From contig JAAILG010000184.1 in NCBI GenBank assembly GCA_012026655.1, positions 1 through 64,000 of the forward strand: a stretch of 64,000 nt of DNA. The letters are read 5' to 3'. Under the pieces are notes generated by a model that saw only the letters and a program-made list of their open reading frames with translations, had not been told where the DNA came from and made no database searches. A program made the translations under genes and the position numbers. Position 1 is the stretch's first letter, and every line of letters begins with the position of its first letter. This stretch comes from Hydrolagus affinis (Eukaryota). Shown here in pieces: positions 35,401 through 49,334 of this stretch.

Positions 35401-38163
35401 AAAGTATCCAACCGAGACTAAGAGTTCCACATATGTATGCCACCTACATAGGAAAAATTTCCCCGAGTCTGGTATGGAATGTGCACTCTCTCTGGAGGGT
35501 TGCTCTCTACTTACCTAATTCTGGAGAATATTAGGTGCAGGTTGGCAAGAGCCTAGGGCTTGGGGATCTTCAATTCCCTTTTTGAATCATATCATGGAAT
35601 ATTTTACAACCTGAACATTCTGACAGAACAACCTGCTGGCGCAAAGGCAAGAATGCTACAATGTGAACTGGATTGATATGGAAAATAGCTGACACCTTCG
35701 CACACAAGTATGGGGATGTGTCAGCTAAACCATAGCTTACAATTGGTGAAGATCTCATCCATTTAGGCTCACCAGCTGCAAGATATAGTGCAGTTCTTAC
35801 AATTCCCAACATTTAACGGTCATAAACGTTAATCTGCATATTAATGATTAATCAGCAGTGTTGTTTTGTGACTGGGGCCAGTTATATTTCCGTAATGTTT
35901 TATTCAATGAACAGCAGTGCAGAAGAACAAATTCCAATACATTTTGTGGAAATATGACTTAATCGACTCTTGTGGGGTCCAACTCAAATCTAGCCAGATC
36001 AGCTCCTGCAGACTGCAGAGGATACTGAAAAGCATCATTCAATGATTGCACACTTCATGTTTTTTTTTCTGGGCAGCACCAATCAACCTTTTCATGATTG
36101 TCTTGTCACAGATGTGAACTTGTAAGACTGGATCAGAATCAGTGATCAGCAGTCAGAAAATAAACTTCTGTTACATTATGATATTTGAGCGCTTTCCAAA
36201 ATTTCCAAAACATATTAAGGATGCAAAACAATTAAACCAAGGAAATCAAATGGTTTATTAATTTATTAAAGTCCCATTCGTAATGTGTATTTGCATTTAT
36301 ACAATATTTACCAATAACTTATTTAGCTTTCAAATTCTTCCCAATAATTTACACACAGAATTCTATAAGAATTACTGTGATTTTTTAAAATAAATTTACA
36401 TTTAGTTGCATATCTCTTGGTACATGATGTAAATTGAATAACCAAACTGGTAATATCAGAGTATTACAATGATTTAGAAATGCTGAAAATGTTGTAGGCT
36501 ATGTTTGACCCTCCTATTATTTATTAATACTTCATAATGTGCATTTATGAGATGTTTATTTTACAATATTGGAAAATGTTTGAAAGGTATGTAGACTTTA
36601 GAGACAGCTGAGTGATAGAATGTTTTTTGGAAAGATTGACCTATTAATGTGGGCAGAGTGACAAGGAATAACATAAATGACATTACAGATATTGAAAAGG
36701 TGGACATAAAATTGATAGAGGAGATGCCAGAAGCAACATGAATACATCCTATTAATAAGGGCAACTATGTGGTAGTTGGCAACTTGTTAGTAACCAACAG
36801 CTCAGCTAGCAAGGAAGGTAATTAAGCAAGCAAGAGAGACTGCAGGGAATTGCGGCACAATAGTTCTGAGGCTTTTCGTATACTGTATTTCAGAGGTAAA
36901 ATGGGCAGACCAGAGAAAAACAAAAAAGGATAGACAGGTGGAACTAAACCAATTCCATGGAGGGGTTATATTGCATGTGAAGCAGAATGCACACATTTGT
37001 TAGTTTGTAGTCCTGCAGAAATTATCATCTGGAAGTGGGTCAGAACAAAAAATAACAGTACGAATTTAGAAAAGTAATGAGATCTGAGAAGAAGCCCAGA
37101 GAGGATTAACTCAAAAGTCAACCCAACAATTCTCAAGTTATTTTAAGCCTCAGAGCGTCTTGGCCTGTAGATGTGGTGGGGTATGATCTAGCTGTGTATC
37201 AAAAGCTAGAGTATTGGAAAACCAGATAGGTTCTTGACTGGAGAGGACGGGACATATTGTGAAGCATCGAAAAAGGCAGATTTTAAAAAGGCTGGAACGT
37301 TACAGAAGTTAAGGGCGACAAGATCCGTTGGACCGCATGTAATGCAGCCTACAACCCACCCTAACAAGTATGAGTGAAACTTTTGTTCACAGGTTATATG
37401 CTCTGTAAAATACAGGGAATGTAATTCAATACAAGAGCACAGGAAATGCAACCTTGATATTCAAATGAGGAGCAAGATGTAAATTAGGGAATTATAGACC
37501 CGTTATGTTGATCTAAATACTGAAACAAATGCTTGAAAGCAGCTATTTATTCTACTGCATGATGCATGCACTGGTTAAGCATGCTTGTTGAGTGTTTAGG
37601 TCTCCAATCAATGTCACAAAGCTGTAAACTGGTGAAACAGCTTTGGTGCTGAAAATCAAAAGCCTTTTGCTGCTATAGCGGTTGGCATCACAACTAAAGA
37701 TTTTTGAAACGTGCTTCCCAAATAGACCACAAGAAGAGTATCCAAAACCAGGTATCATTTTAAAATTCACGTCATAATCGCTTTGGCTTACTAACGCCCC
37801 CATAATCAAGCAAATGCACCATATTTAGCTATACTTTTGCACAGTGTGTACTTATGACACCCAGCTGCTTTAGAAGGTTTACACTAACGTGTGGCTTTGA
37901 TGTGCATTCTAGTGATCAGATAATTTAAAGTGAAAGCAATGTGATCTGTTTCAAGAAAAAACCCAGAAGAAAATGTGCATCCTGCTGTTCAGTGCTGTCA
38001 GTAGTCAGTACAGTTTAGCTCATGATCTTAATTTGATTTCATGCATATTTAATAACTATTTTTTTCTGGTACAGTCTTGTACGCAAGACTGAATATGCAA
38101 CTATTCAGAGACAGTCAGTTACTCAGAGAAGCACAAAAGTGATGTCTGTGGTCAAAATGTCAA

Positions 38164-38330
38164 TTAATAATAATAATAATCCTTGCATTTGATAAAGCAC
38201 TTTTCACGTCTTCTAGACGTCTCTAAGTGCAATTAAGTGCAATTAAAATATGTGCAATTTTGTTGTTGTCTCAAAACGATTCACCGAATATACTGTAAAG
38301 TGAATCGACTGTATATATGTGGGTGAAATA
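38164..38330 (-). mobile_element. SINE2-1_CM-like 3' fragment with internal short insertion/duplication
   Basis: (taa)n + 'tccttgcatttgat..ttttcacgtcttctagacgtctc', a taagtgcaat tandem, then the SINE resumes with 'gaatatactgtaaagtgaatcgactg'. Confidence 0.85.
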
Positions 38331-38659
38331 TCACACAAATCAAAAACGTGAAGTCACTGACTTTTGCCACACTCTTTCTTTCTGTATCAAAGTCTTTAAT
38401 ATAAAATGTAAGGCATACATGGTTTATACTTAGCACCACTGATGCAATAACTTTCCAACAATTTTGTCCATTTCCCGCTTGCTACCCTCATAAATATCCA
38501 AAGCACTCTTGGTTGAATTCTGAATTCTGTTTTGCTTCTCTTTAGCTCTATCTGCCTTTTGTCCACTGATGTCAATAATGTTGCATAATCTGAAGAAATT
38601 CATCGTTTTTCTGCAAACATACATTTCTCTCTGTTCTCTTGCTCAGTTCCTTCAGTTTT

Positions 38660-38770
38660 AAATAATAATAATTGTTGCATTTGATATGGTGCTTTTCTTG
38701 TCTTCCAGATGTTTCAAAGCGCTTCACAGAATATACTGTGAAGTGAATTGACTGTATATTTGTGGCCGAA
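38660..38770 (-). mobile_element. SINE2-1_CM-like 3' fragment
   Basis: (aat)n + 'tgcatttgatatggtgctttt..caaagcgcttcacagaatatactgtgaagtgaattgactgtata'. Confidence 0.85.
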
Positions 38771-40570
38771 TCCACCTTTAACCTTCGTCTCTACTCTCTG
38801 ATCTCTTCCTTTCTTATATTTTGGATATTTCAGTATGCAATGTAATGGAACTATCCATTCACTGCATAAAAACAGTAATAACCTTTATTTGGATTGTGAG
38901 ATGAATGCAAAATTTCACGTCCGATGATACAAGCAATTTGTGACATAAATAAAATTTACTTCTGGACATAATTGGCTACTGTATGCAAAACATCAAACAT
39001 CATGACACAGAAAGATTACTTGTTCATCCATGGCTCCTCAGTTGAATCATGGTCATGTTATTCTATAATGATTCCATCTTAATAGCTTAAAATCTTCAAT
39101 AAACCTTTTATTTGATTTAGCCCTTTATTCTCAAACATCTCAAAGCGAGCTTACATGATTTTACTGTGAAGTGGAGTGAATGTGTTTTTCTTGGTGAACA
39201 AACACTTCAAAATAAAGTGAATATTTCTAAAGTTAAAAAAATCTATTGTGTAAATGGTAGGAATACTTATCTCTTGTCGTGATTATCAAAATCAGTGTAT
39301 TCACTCTCCTATTGTGCCACAGTTGTTCAGTACTGGTATGTTGCTTTATGTATTCAGACTAGAATATAAACATAGCAACAATAAAAAAAACATTGTATCT
39401 TACATGCTGAAGATTGTGGGGATGATCCTTGGAAAATAGAATGAGAAATGGATGGAGCAGCGTGGGATAATGGTATTGCTGACTGGTCTATCGGTTAAAT
39501 GGAAGGGATGGGGCACACCACAAAGCTCACCTTTATGATATTCCGAACATCAGAGAAATCTAAATTCAATAAATAACTTTCCAGGTATTCGTGGTCGAGA
39601 TTCAAGATAGCTGTGAAGTTTTATTCTTTTTGAACTGGTAACCAGTGCTCAAAGTAGATTTACCTCAATTAGCCATTTTTCTCACCTCGATTGATCCAAA
39701 TTCCACATTAAATCAATTCGGAGTTGGAAGTCATTTTGGAAGCTTACTGGTTCAATGCAATGTTTGGCAACATGATATCATTTCCATATGGTTCATTCGT
39801 AGATGGTAAGCATTATCCCTTCTCTGTAGCATTATCCCTAGCACAAATGGAAATTGAATACAGTATTCGCTTTTTCCTGTTTTGAAAGCCATCTTCAGAG
39901 TCTGCTATAGGATTTATTTTGCAGACCCTAGATCAATGTTTTGTATTTTCAATCCTCTGTTTATATAATTCCTCTGGCTTTGTGAAATATTGAAGAATTT
40001 GGAGTTTTCATAGCTTTTAATAACCTTCATCATTGGCAGTAAAAGGTGCAGTGAGGAAGGCATGGTGTAGAAGTTGCGGATTGAATTCAGAAGTTCTTAC
40101 ATTGGAAACAGCACCAGTGTAAGTATTGTGTGTGTGTGTGTAACTCAGGGGATTGACCTTACATGAGTACTGTGAACTAAATTCAGAATACATAGATTGC
40201 TGAAAAGATATTGGAAACCCAACGTTATGAGATACACAACAGGTATCTTCCTGAATCTAGATGTGGGAAGTTGGGAAGGATGTGGTAAACATTCTAATTT
40301 CTTTTCTCCCACTTTCATATCGAGCTCATCCCCAATACAGGTGCTTTTCTAAGAGGAAATATATGTCAGGGCTCCTACACCTAGACAACTTGAACACTGG
40401 AGACCTGAAATTTCTCATACGCTTCAAGATGATTAGGATAACCGGGCCTCAGCTTAAAACAAAATTGGGCATAATTCTAATTCCAATAGTCAAAGAGTCT
40501 CCTAGCATATACTGTCTAGCATATAAAAAAATAGATACTTGGGCAAGAGAATAGCTAATAACAATAGCAC

Positions 40571-40633
40571 CAAACAACAACAACTTCGATTTATATGGCG
40601 TCCTCCACGCCGGGCGGCATCTCAGAGAGCTTG
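40571..40633 (-). mobile_element. 5'-truncated LINE2-type insertion with 15-bp TSD
   Basis: TSD TAATAACAATAGCAC at 40556-40570 and 40642-40656 flanks (aac)n + 'ttcgatttatatggcgtcctccacgccgggcggcatctc'. Confidence 0.85.
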
Positions 40634-43600
40634 ATTGTTATTAATAACAATAGCACTAAACCAAACCTGAGAGAGAAGCAGGAGAGAAGAGAAAAATTAC
40701 AAGCAAAAACAACTGATCAAACTATTTGCCAAGTTTCAAAAGCAAGAACCAGATTCTTGATGATTGAGTGCACGTGTTCAAAGTTCAAGAGAATAATATG
40801 TCACAGGCTGAAAACAGCTGAATTTAGGAAACAGTATTAATTTAAGGAGGGAGCAAATGTTCTGAATTAATTAGCATTTTTTGTTACCGGTATTTCTCTT
40901 TGGATTTAATTTGTATCATAATCTTTTATCATGTTTGTTTTTATTTTATAAAAATTAGCAATTAAAATCAACTTTTTCCTTCATTCAACAAGTCAGCTGT
41001 TTAAGATTTTCTTCCCATTAAGTGAAGAAAAAATTATGCAACACTGATTTTCTTATTGCTTTTAATTCATTTCTTTTTAACAATTCATGGAACTATAATT
41101 ATTTCTCACACCGTTTCAGTAGTTTACAATAAAAATTCACAATCGTTTCCATAACATAACTTGAAGTTTACCAGAATATTCTGCTTTCGCTTTCTGCTTG
41201 CAGCCAGTTTTATTTGGTAAATGCACACAAAGTGGCAGCTTCTGCACATTACACCATGTGCAAAGAAACCTTCAAACAGTCTTGCTATTTGCACCCATTA
41301 GCGTTTAATGCACAGTTTCTAAAGCAAATTAGCACAAGGCGAATTAGTATATGTGTAGAAAGTAACAGAACCACTAGAAAGGGGTTGATGTTCTCACAAA
41401 GCAAATAGCCTCGGAAAGAGCATTACTCAAATTATATAACATTTAGCTGATGGAAAAGCACTTTCACAGAATTATACCATGTAAATGAAATCTCAGGGAA
41501 AAAAAATGGAAGTGCAATGCCAAATTTAGCAGAAGCTTATTAAATTGGACAGATTGATAATGGGCATTGGAGGCTTCTTACCAAGATAGATGAGTGTCTG
41601 AGTACAGGAACGTAAAATGTCTCCAGTGGAATTCAATAGGTGTATTATTAAGGCACTGGTTCACCCTTAACTTGAAGTGACACTTTTATTTCTGAAATTT
41701 TCTGCTGTTGAACAAAATATCAAAGGGCCTTGTACTTTAAATTGGTTCATAAATTGGTACGCCCAAGAATAAATAAAGTGTTTGATGCCAGTTACACTAC
41801 GTCTGACCACTATCTTTTCAAAATATTCAGTGGATTTGCAGCACTTTGAAACAAAAAGTTCAGAATGCTGCCATTATGCTTCAAATCCGGTAGGAACCGA
41901 AAAACACAAGAGCATTGTCAGTCAGCTTTCCGTACTCATGTGTAATATCATGTGCAATGACCTGTCATTATACATGAGCTTAAAACCCAGCAGGCTGGCC
42001 AGCCGGCCACTGCTTTGGAGGCGTACAGTGTGGGCCAACATTTTATATCTCCCACCCAAACTATTGCCCTATAGCAGAGTCATCCTGTCCTGAGCCAAAT
42101 AAAGTTTCCAAACTTTCTCTTCTCAAACTTTATGGAGTCCAGGCCAGCACAGGGTTCTCCAACTTACTTAATAATGATAATCCTTGCATCAGACAATAGG
42201 CTTCTATTCTGATATCAGTTGAAATGAGAGAAAAATCCAGATGGAAACTTATCTAAGTTCTAGCTCACTGAATCTGTTACTGTATTTCTGTCGGTTCCAA
42301 AAAAAACAGTAATTGACTATTTATTATTGCCTGAAAGTATGGTTTAGATACAACAGGGATCAACAAGAGTTCAAGCAAGCCTCAGAACCATGTAAAAGCA
42401 TAACGGGGAATATGTCGTCAGAATCTGCAGTTCCTTGAGCTCATGTAAAAAGCATTAGAAATTAAAGGAAAAATGTATGAATTGTCAATAGCATTTTCAA
42501 CATCACCGAGCAGCACCTAACACAGATGAATACATTTCTGGTACAGCTTGTGTAAGTGCAGGTGTAGCCTTGCAGCCATGGATTGAATTGCTTTGGAAAT
42601 CACAGGAAAGGCAGAACCAGATGTAACAAATAAAAGGAAGTTCAGCAGTAATTAACCCATGCTGTGGGAATGAATGATTTTAATCATTATGCAATTTATC
42701 TAATTCTCTCTTATTACATAATAAGACATAGCTTTTTGAAGGGAAATGTAAAATAAAACCTGTGTTTAAGGAAATAGGGACCTGCAATTGACACATTTTA
42801 AGTATTTTCTTCATTTGCCTAACCTCATCATTGTGCTTTTGGAACATGCTTCTAACCTTAGACGAGTGTCCTGATGGAGCCTTTGATCAACATCGTCTTG
42901 GACTTGAAGATAATTAAATTATCACACTTAGTTCACTAGAATTACACTATATTGGCTTCCAGCCTTGGAGAATGCCAGGATTTCGAAAAGCTGTAAGTTC
43001 ATTTGGACACCATTTGACAAGAACAACAGAATACGCCAACTCCACAGAGCCTTCCCTTCAGTTAAAGCTCCAGCTTGAACGCAAAAACGCCATATGTTAC
43101 AAGCGTCCTGCAAAGATTCCTGGTAGGAGGAGAAATAAATTCAACTTGTCACATCTGCTTGTGGCCCAATCAAGAAGAAGTTTATCATGGCTTGAAGTGG
43201 TTTACTAACTTGCCTGACATAAACCTGAGGGGCAGGTGGATTTGGGAGCTTTACTCTCATCAAAATCTTATATTTATGGAACAGTTTGCATTACAGGAAA
43301 AGAGCGCACTATTATCCAACGATGCTGCAAGCCACCAAGTCCTTCCAGGTAAACTATAATCATAGATCTACATGTGGAATTCTGGAGTTATCTAACCACA
43401 TAGCTACCAGATTGTGAACTTTCATTGTGTTATGAATGGATGAGAAATGTTCAATTTTTACATTGTTCCCTGCAGTGGATGGTATGAAGTGGAATAAAAT
43501 AGGTCAGAATAAAACTGGTGGCCTGTATTAAGCCCCATGCTGTAGTTTGTAGAATCTCCAATACAGGAAAAACCGAGATTTTCTATTCATTCATTTATTC

Positions 43601-44024
43601 AATCAATCTGGTCAGGAAGAAAACTCCTGCCCAAAGCTTCCCGTGGAGCTGAAAGAAAATCATGCTTCCATTTTAACAAAACTGTCCAGATAGTAGGATT
43701 AACTCTTTTGATGCTTAAGAGTATGGCTGACATAGAAATATGTTTAATTCTTCTCAAGTCAGCATTTTTTCCTACGATCTGAATATTAAAGATATCACTA
43801 TAGCTACCTTAGAAAGAATAGCCGGGTAGCATAAGTAACAGAGTGCTTGCCTGTTGACTTTAATCCTAGGACCTGGCTGCCACTCAAGCCATCAGTGGAA
43901 TATGTTTCATCAGATTGTCATAAACGTCACTTGCTACAGTATATTACCATAGTATAAAGAGGCATGGGAGTTTAAAAGCACCACCCGAAGTGTACTTCCA
44001 ACCTGCCACTCTAATAGCAATAAT

Positions 44025-44165
44025 CAAAGAGGGCACAGGTTACCGGTGGGGAAATTTCAGGACAGACACCCTAAAGTATTTATTTACACGATAAAGTAAT
44101 TAACAGCTGGAACAGGTTGCCAAGGAAGGATGAGTGAGGGCAGCAACCCAAAGCAGCTTGAGGGT
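44025..44165 (+). mobile_element. CR1 ORF2 C-terminal fragment
   Basis: 'agagggcacagg' (RGH), 'ttcaggacagac' (FRTD), 'tggaacaggttgcca' (WNRLP). Confidence 0.65.
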
Positions 44166-44261
44166 GTAATGGCACAATATTAAAGTAGTAATTCTGAAAG
44201 GTTTTGTGGAGTAAACGCCCGTGGAAATGCAGGGAAAATCCGTTTTGTGTTTATGATTGTT

Positions 44262-44392
44262 ATTCTAATAATATTTATTAATATAATCATGTTGTTGAGA
44301 TGTCTCAAAATGCTTCGCCGAATATACCATAACGTCAATTGACTTTTTTTTGTGGGGGTGAAACACGGCAGCCAACTGCATACAGCAGTGAC
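44262..44392 (-). mobile_element. DeuSINE 3' fragment
   Basis: 'gagatgtctcaaaatgcttc..gtgaaacacggcagccaactgcatacagcagtg'. Confidence 0.75.
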
Positions 44393-45634
44393 GGAAAATA
44401 GCAATATATAAATATCTAATATGAGGACCATTAGATGCAAGCTCACATTTACCAGAAAGTAGTTTCATTCTGTTCACTAGTAGTCAGTCATTGCTGCTGT
44501 AAGTAAGTCTTGTTATTACAAATTGTTTTCATTTAATAGGATTTTACTGCATTTAGAGCTCTTGCTATTACAGCATTTCCTACCCCTGAACAGAGTGTAA
44601 TAATTCCCCTAAAGAACAGTTTAGTAGTAAAAGAATTTTAACTTAAATGGTTAGGAGGTTCTAAGGGCAGATTTTGCAATTGCATCAGGGCATTCAAAGG
44701 ATTTTTTTTAATGTTTGCAAGTGAACAAGGTTGTTACCCTTATCCTTACACCAGCCAGGTATCACCATGCCGAAGCAATCATATTGTCACTGAGCTATTT
44801 GTGAATGTGTGTCGCTTGTTGGCTATACTCACTGATTAAACATGTTACTAAATTGCAGTCTTGTTCTTACCCAACACAATGACTGCAGTGAAGGCAGGCA
44901 GAATCATCTGCCAAGAACGCATTTCCTTCAAACCTTGAAAAAGGTGTGTTGGTGAAATGCTTAATCACGTCGAAAAGAATCTACTTCAAACCATTACATT
45001 CAATTAATCATTCGAGTAAATTAAGACTTTATCCAGCTCAAAGATGATTATTCAACATTATCAATGGTCATTTTTAACAACAGTGATGTAACTTCCCTCC
45101 CAGAATTTTGCTACAAACCAATGTGGTTCAATACAGAGTATACCAAACAAGCATCTGAAAAGGTTTCAGAGAGAATCCCAATGAAGCTGTAAGGTAAAAT
45201 TCTATTGATTGGGAATTGAAGGTTACATGGCTTTGTTTTTGTCTGACTGAACTGAGCCAAAGCTGAGTGATTTAAAATTCAATACATATGAACTAGAAGG
45301 AGAAGAGAGCAAATCCATCGTGCCCACCGAATCTGCTTTGGCTTTTGATGGTGCTGTTGCAATACCAAATAGAGTAAGGGGTGAACACCTAAGCCACTCT
45401 AATGCAAAACTAATGCAAAAAGCATTTATTCCTCCCTTTCATCAATCATTTTTGTCTGAATAGATCTTAAATGTAATTCTTGTCATTTTTAGATATTGTA
45501 AAAATAATATGTTAAAATGAGCAGCTTATATAACAAAGAAAGGTCTTTGAGATTCCTTGCTGCATATGGACAAAAGTTCCAGACGAGCCTTTTCCATTGT
45601 TTACTGCATTTCATTTTGTCATGATTTTTGCTAA

Positions 45635-45921
45635 AAATTAATCCTTGCATTTGGTATAGAGCTTTTCACGTCTTCTAGAAGTCTCAAAGAGTTTCACAGA
45701 ATATTGTGTAAAGTGAATTCACTGTATATTTTGTGGGCGAAACACGGCAGCCAATTATGCACAGCAGTTGGATTGAAGTGACCCAATTTTTTTTTGAGGG
45801 ATTATTATCAGGCATAATATCAGGAGTAAGGAAACTTGCCCGAGGTTTTGCTCCTCTGGGAATCGAATCCAGGTCTCTCACTTGCGAGGCGAGTGCTCTC
45901 ACCACTGAGCTAAAGGACTCC
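45635..45921 (-). mobile_element. Full-length tRNA(Ala)-like-headed DeuSINE (SINE2-1_CM-like)
   Basis: Minus head GGAGTCCTTTAGCTCAGTGGTGAGAGCACTCGCCTCGCAAGTGAG has a paired anticodon arm with CGC. B-box-like GATTCGATTCC, Deu core and 'caaatgcaaggatt' tail follow. Confidence 0.9.
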
Positions 45922-47381
45922 ATAAATGAGCTACTTTTTTAAATGTGACTTGCTCTTATGACGCAATCCTTGTTTCCATTCATTTCAATTATTCAAATCA
46001 AATAAATCAATGTATATTTGACCTTTTAGATGTCTTGAGGAATTCAGAATGATTAGCAACAAATGGGTAGCACACATCTGTACTGCAACCTGAGAAAGCA
46101 AACTTCGCTTGTGGTGTTCTCTCAAACGGAATGTTGTGTGCGAAAGACAACCTTTTTTTAATTAAAGTTTGACATCACAAGAAAGGGTACAATAAAAGAT
46201 CTTTTGTCCACATGATTTCTTAATTCCAAATAAGCAACTCTATCACCTTATTATAATAACGGTAATAACTCTATTGTCTTCCTATTAGAAGCATCTTCTT
46301 TTTCTAAATCTGTCAGTTTCCCGCCCTCTGCCACCCTTTGGTAACCCGTTCCAGCTGCTGTTTGCCCTCTGGGTGATTTCTTTTTAACTTTTGGAGCTTG
46401 TAGACATGTGTAAACATCTTGACAATGGTTACAGATGAATAGAACCATTACTGTTGATACAGCTTTGTAATTAAAGGCAATGCAGTTGTCACATTTAATC
46501 TTGTGTTTTGCGAGACATTGTTCTCATACTGTCAAACACTTTAGACCATTATTGCGGAAGAAAACATGCAAGTAATGTTGTCGCAAACTCCTCAGTTTGT
46601 GTTGGATAGCTATGTACTTAATTAAGCAAAACCAGACACACTAATTTATCGAATGGATTAAGCAGTAGAGTAACTGAAGGATGGTATGTAAGGTTGTCAC
46701 TTTTTAAAATAAAAGTAATAATAAGCTTTGCAATTGATGTACTGCCTTTCATATTGGGAGGACTTTTCTTGCTTCACAGAATTTTTTGTAGAGATCAGAG
46801 CCCCAATATACTGAAATGTACTTCGCCTCACAAAACGTTTGACCTCAAGTGGCTCATATTGTACCAATATGTAGAATACTTGCTTTCTGTATGTCTTAGA
46901 ATGTTTTCATGTAATATATGCATTAGTGTCTTGGTTAGAGGTGTTGTGCATTAATGGACTTTGCACAATGTGCTACTTTATATAGTCCCAAGGTAATTTG
47001 GGGTCAGTTTCCAAAGTAATTATTGTGGTACTGTATTTTGGTGCCAATGCTAATGTAAATAGGTAATATAACATCATATGCTTTACGAATAATTTGTTCA
47101 ATTTAGCTACAACAAAACACTTTCAAATGTCTTTTTTTTCCCAAACTATCAGTTACAGTTTAGACAAAAGCATACAGAGAGCCCGGGATAGTTTTCAGCT
47201 TATCAAATGTTTGAATTAATAGATAGAATGTCGCAAGCTCAGGTGAAATGTACCGTGATTGAACTTGCTGCTTTTTGCATTTTAGCAAACTTTTAGCCAG
47301 ATGACCTTCTGATAAAACTCTTTATCTAGTAAAATTTTGTGACAGCAAACAAGATTGCCCTATAAAAGGATTGAAGTGTAA

Positions 47382-47414
47382 GCACACACACATGCGCGCG
47401 CACACACACACACA
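47382..47414. repeat. (CA)n/(CG)n microsatellite
   Basis: gcacacacacatgcgcgcgcacacacacacaca. Confidence 0.85.
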
Positions 47415-49334
47415 ACATATGCCATTACTATTTTAGAAATAGGCTGTGCAATGAATTGTAGTTTTTATATGGCTCTGTTGCCTTTTCCTGCACACTGAGG
47501 TATGTTCTGCAGTATAGCGTCTGACAAAAATCAATACCTATTTGACATTTGAAAAACCACTTTCAAATGTCAGGGTTTGGCCAGAGTAAAAAATGATGGT
47601 AACAATTTTGTTCATATTGTGGTGTTCATTTACTTATTCTTCATTCACTTTGCACTGTTGCTACATAAATCAAACCAGGAAATTATGCAAGCACATTTTG
47701 CGCTTACATAAACAGTTTTATGTTTAATTTCATTCATTTTGGTACCTCACTGTTCTAAATAACTGCAAGTGTTCTATTAGCAACTTGCAATATAATCACA
47801 AATAATACTGAAAGCAATTTCTACCAATAATGAATGTATACAGTAACAGCAATGTAAAATTACCCATCAATAAAGTCAGTTTAATTTTAACCGTGCAGTT
47901 ATTATCCCCATACAAGTGTCACCCCAATAAATAAATTAATAAATACACTTCAAGCAACAGCTCTTGGCTGCTCTTCTGTATTTTAACTCTCTTGCCATTA
48001 AATACATTCATATTAAATTACACTTATGAATATTTATGAACTTCCCTACACTGCACAGTCTCAGAACAGTTTTCTCGCTTGATGTCATACATCCAGAGAG
48101 AATTTGGAAATGAGCATCTCTGAAAAATGTACTCTTTTACATTTAGATTGGGATTTTTTTTCACAGTTTCTGTGAAATGCGGAATTCAATCTGTAATTGT
48201 CATTATAAATCAGTTTCAGAAATCATTCAGCATTTAAAGGCACAACAACCCAAAAATGAAATCTACATTATAACAAGATTATTAAAGGCTTGTTTCTTGT
48301 TTGCCATCCCTGTTAGATTATTGTGATGTAACATACAGAGTAATCCTATTAGTGTCTCTTCCTCTCCCCCACCTCACCCCCACCTCAGCTCCCACACCAA
48401 GTTGACCGTGGCTTGACTTAGAGTAGGTCCACTAAGCGCTAACCAGAACACAGTATTCTCAGTTTCCAGCACTGACTGCTTGACTTCTCAGACTAAGAAA
48501 TGGCCAACTTTGGGGTCATCAGGTCAACGTTATGTGCAGGAAGCATTGTTAATGTCACTTCCTGGGCGCTGCATAATGCGCACCATGTGCAAGAAGCACC
48601 AGCATTTTGTTAAAGTGATCTTAATACACCAAAGGTGTCCCAAACAAATAATTGCTGCAGACCGATATTAATATTAGCCGCAGCCTGGATTTTGGCCAAC
48701 TGTGGACCCTCCGGTATTGGACCTAGACAACCGTGGCGTGTAATAAAGGAGTTACTCCGAACGCATAGGGTTTAGGTTTACTCTTCAACAACGCAATGCA
48801 AAGACACATTGCACAATTTGTTACTGAACATGTGATTGCACCACTGATGGAGAAAAGCTCCAACACCACAGGAACTCAAATGAATATTTATCAAATGAAA
48901 TCTTTAAATTAATGGAATTTAAACTAATATTGATATTTGTCTGGCAGCAAAATGGTAATGTGACACCTCTGTAATTATTTCTGCATAATTGCTGCCCAAA
49001 CTCATTGTGGGTTCACATGAAGTGTTTGCTGATCCACAATGAGCCATCATCTAATATAACAGTTGGAATCAATATTATACAATAAGGGAAATTAAGTATG
49101 ATAAATAATCTCAGATTTGAATGTCAATGACCTGAACTATTGTGTTGAATTGAGAATTAAAGAGGTTAGCAGAATGTTACAAGGCTATAATATTAGAAGG
49201 GTTTCGATGATATAATAAACAAAGTTTGAGCAATACGCAATTATATAAATCCTGAGCCTTGACCTTTCACAGCCACAGTCTTTTATTCATTGCTTTGTTT
49301 GCCAATATGATTTTGGCGTTTATGTTTATTCACC

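Noticed and set aside
39700-39805. Protein-like frame LEVILEAYWFNAMFGNMISFPYGSFVD ending at G|gtaagc
   Set aside because: In-frame stop just upstream, no credible acceptor, and no family recognised.
48495-48740. Possible hAT MITE (tggccaactttgg ... ggacctagacaaccgtg)
   Set aside because: TIRs too degenerate and no TSD found.
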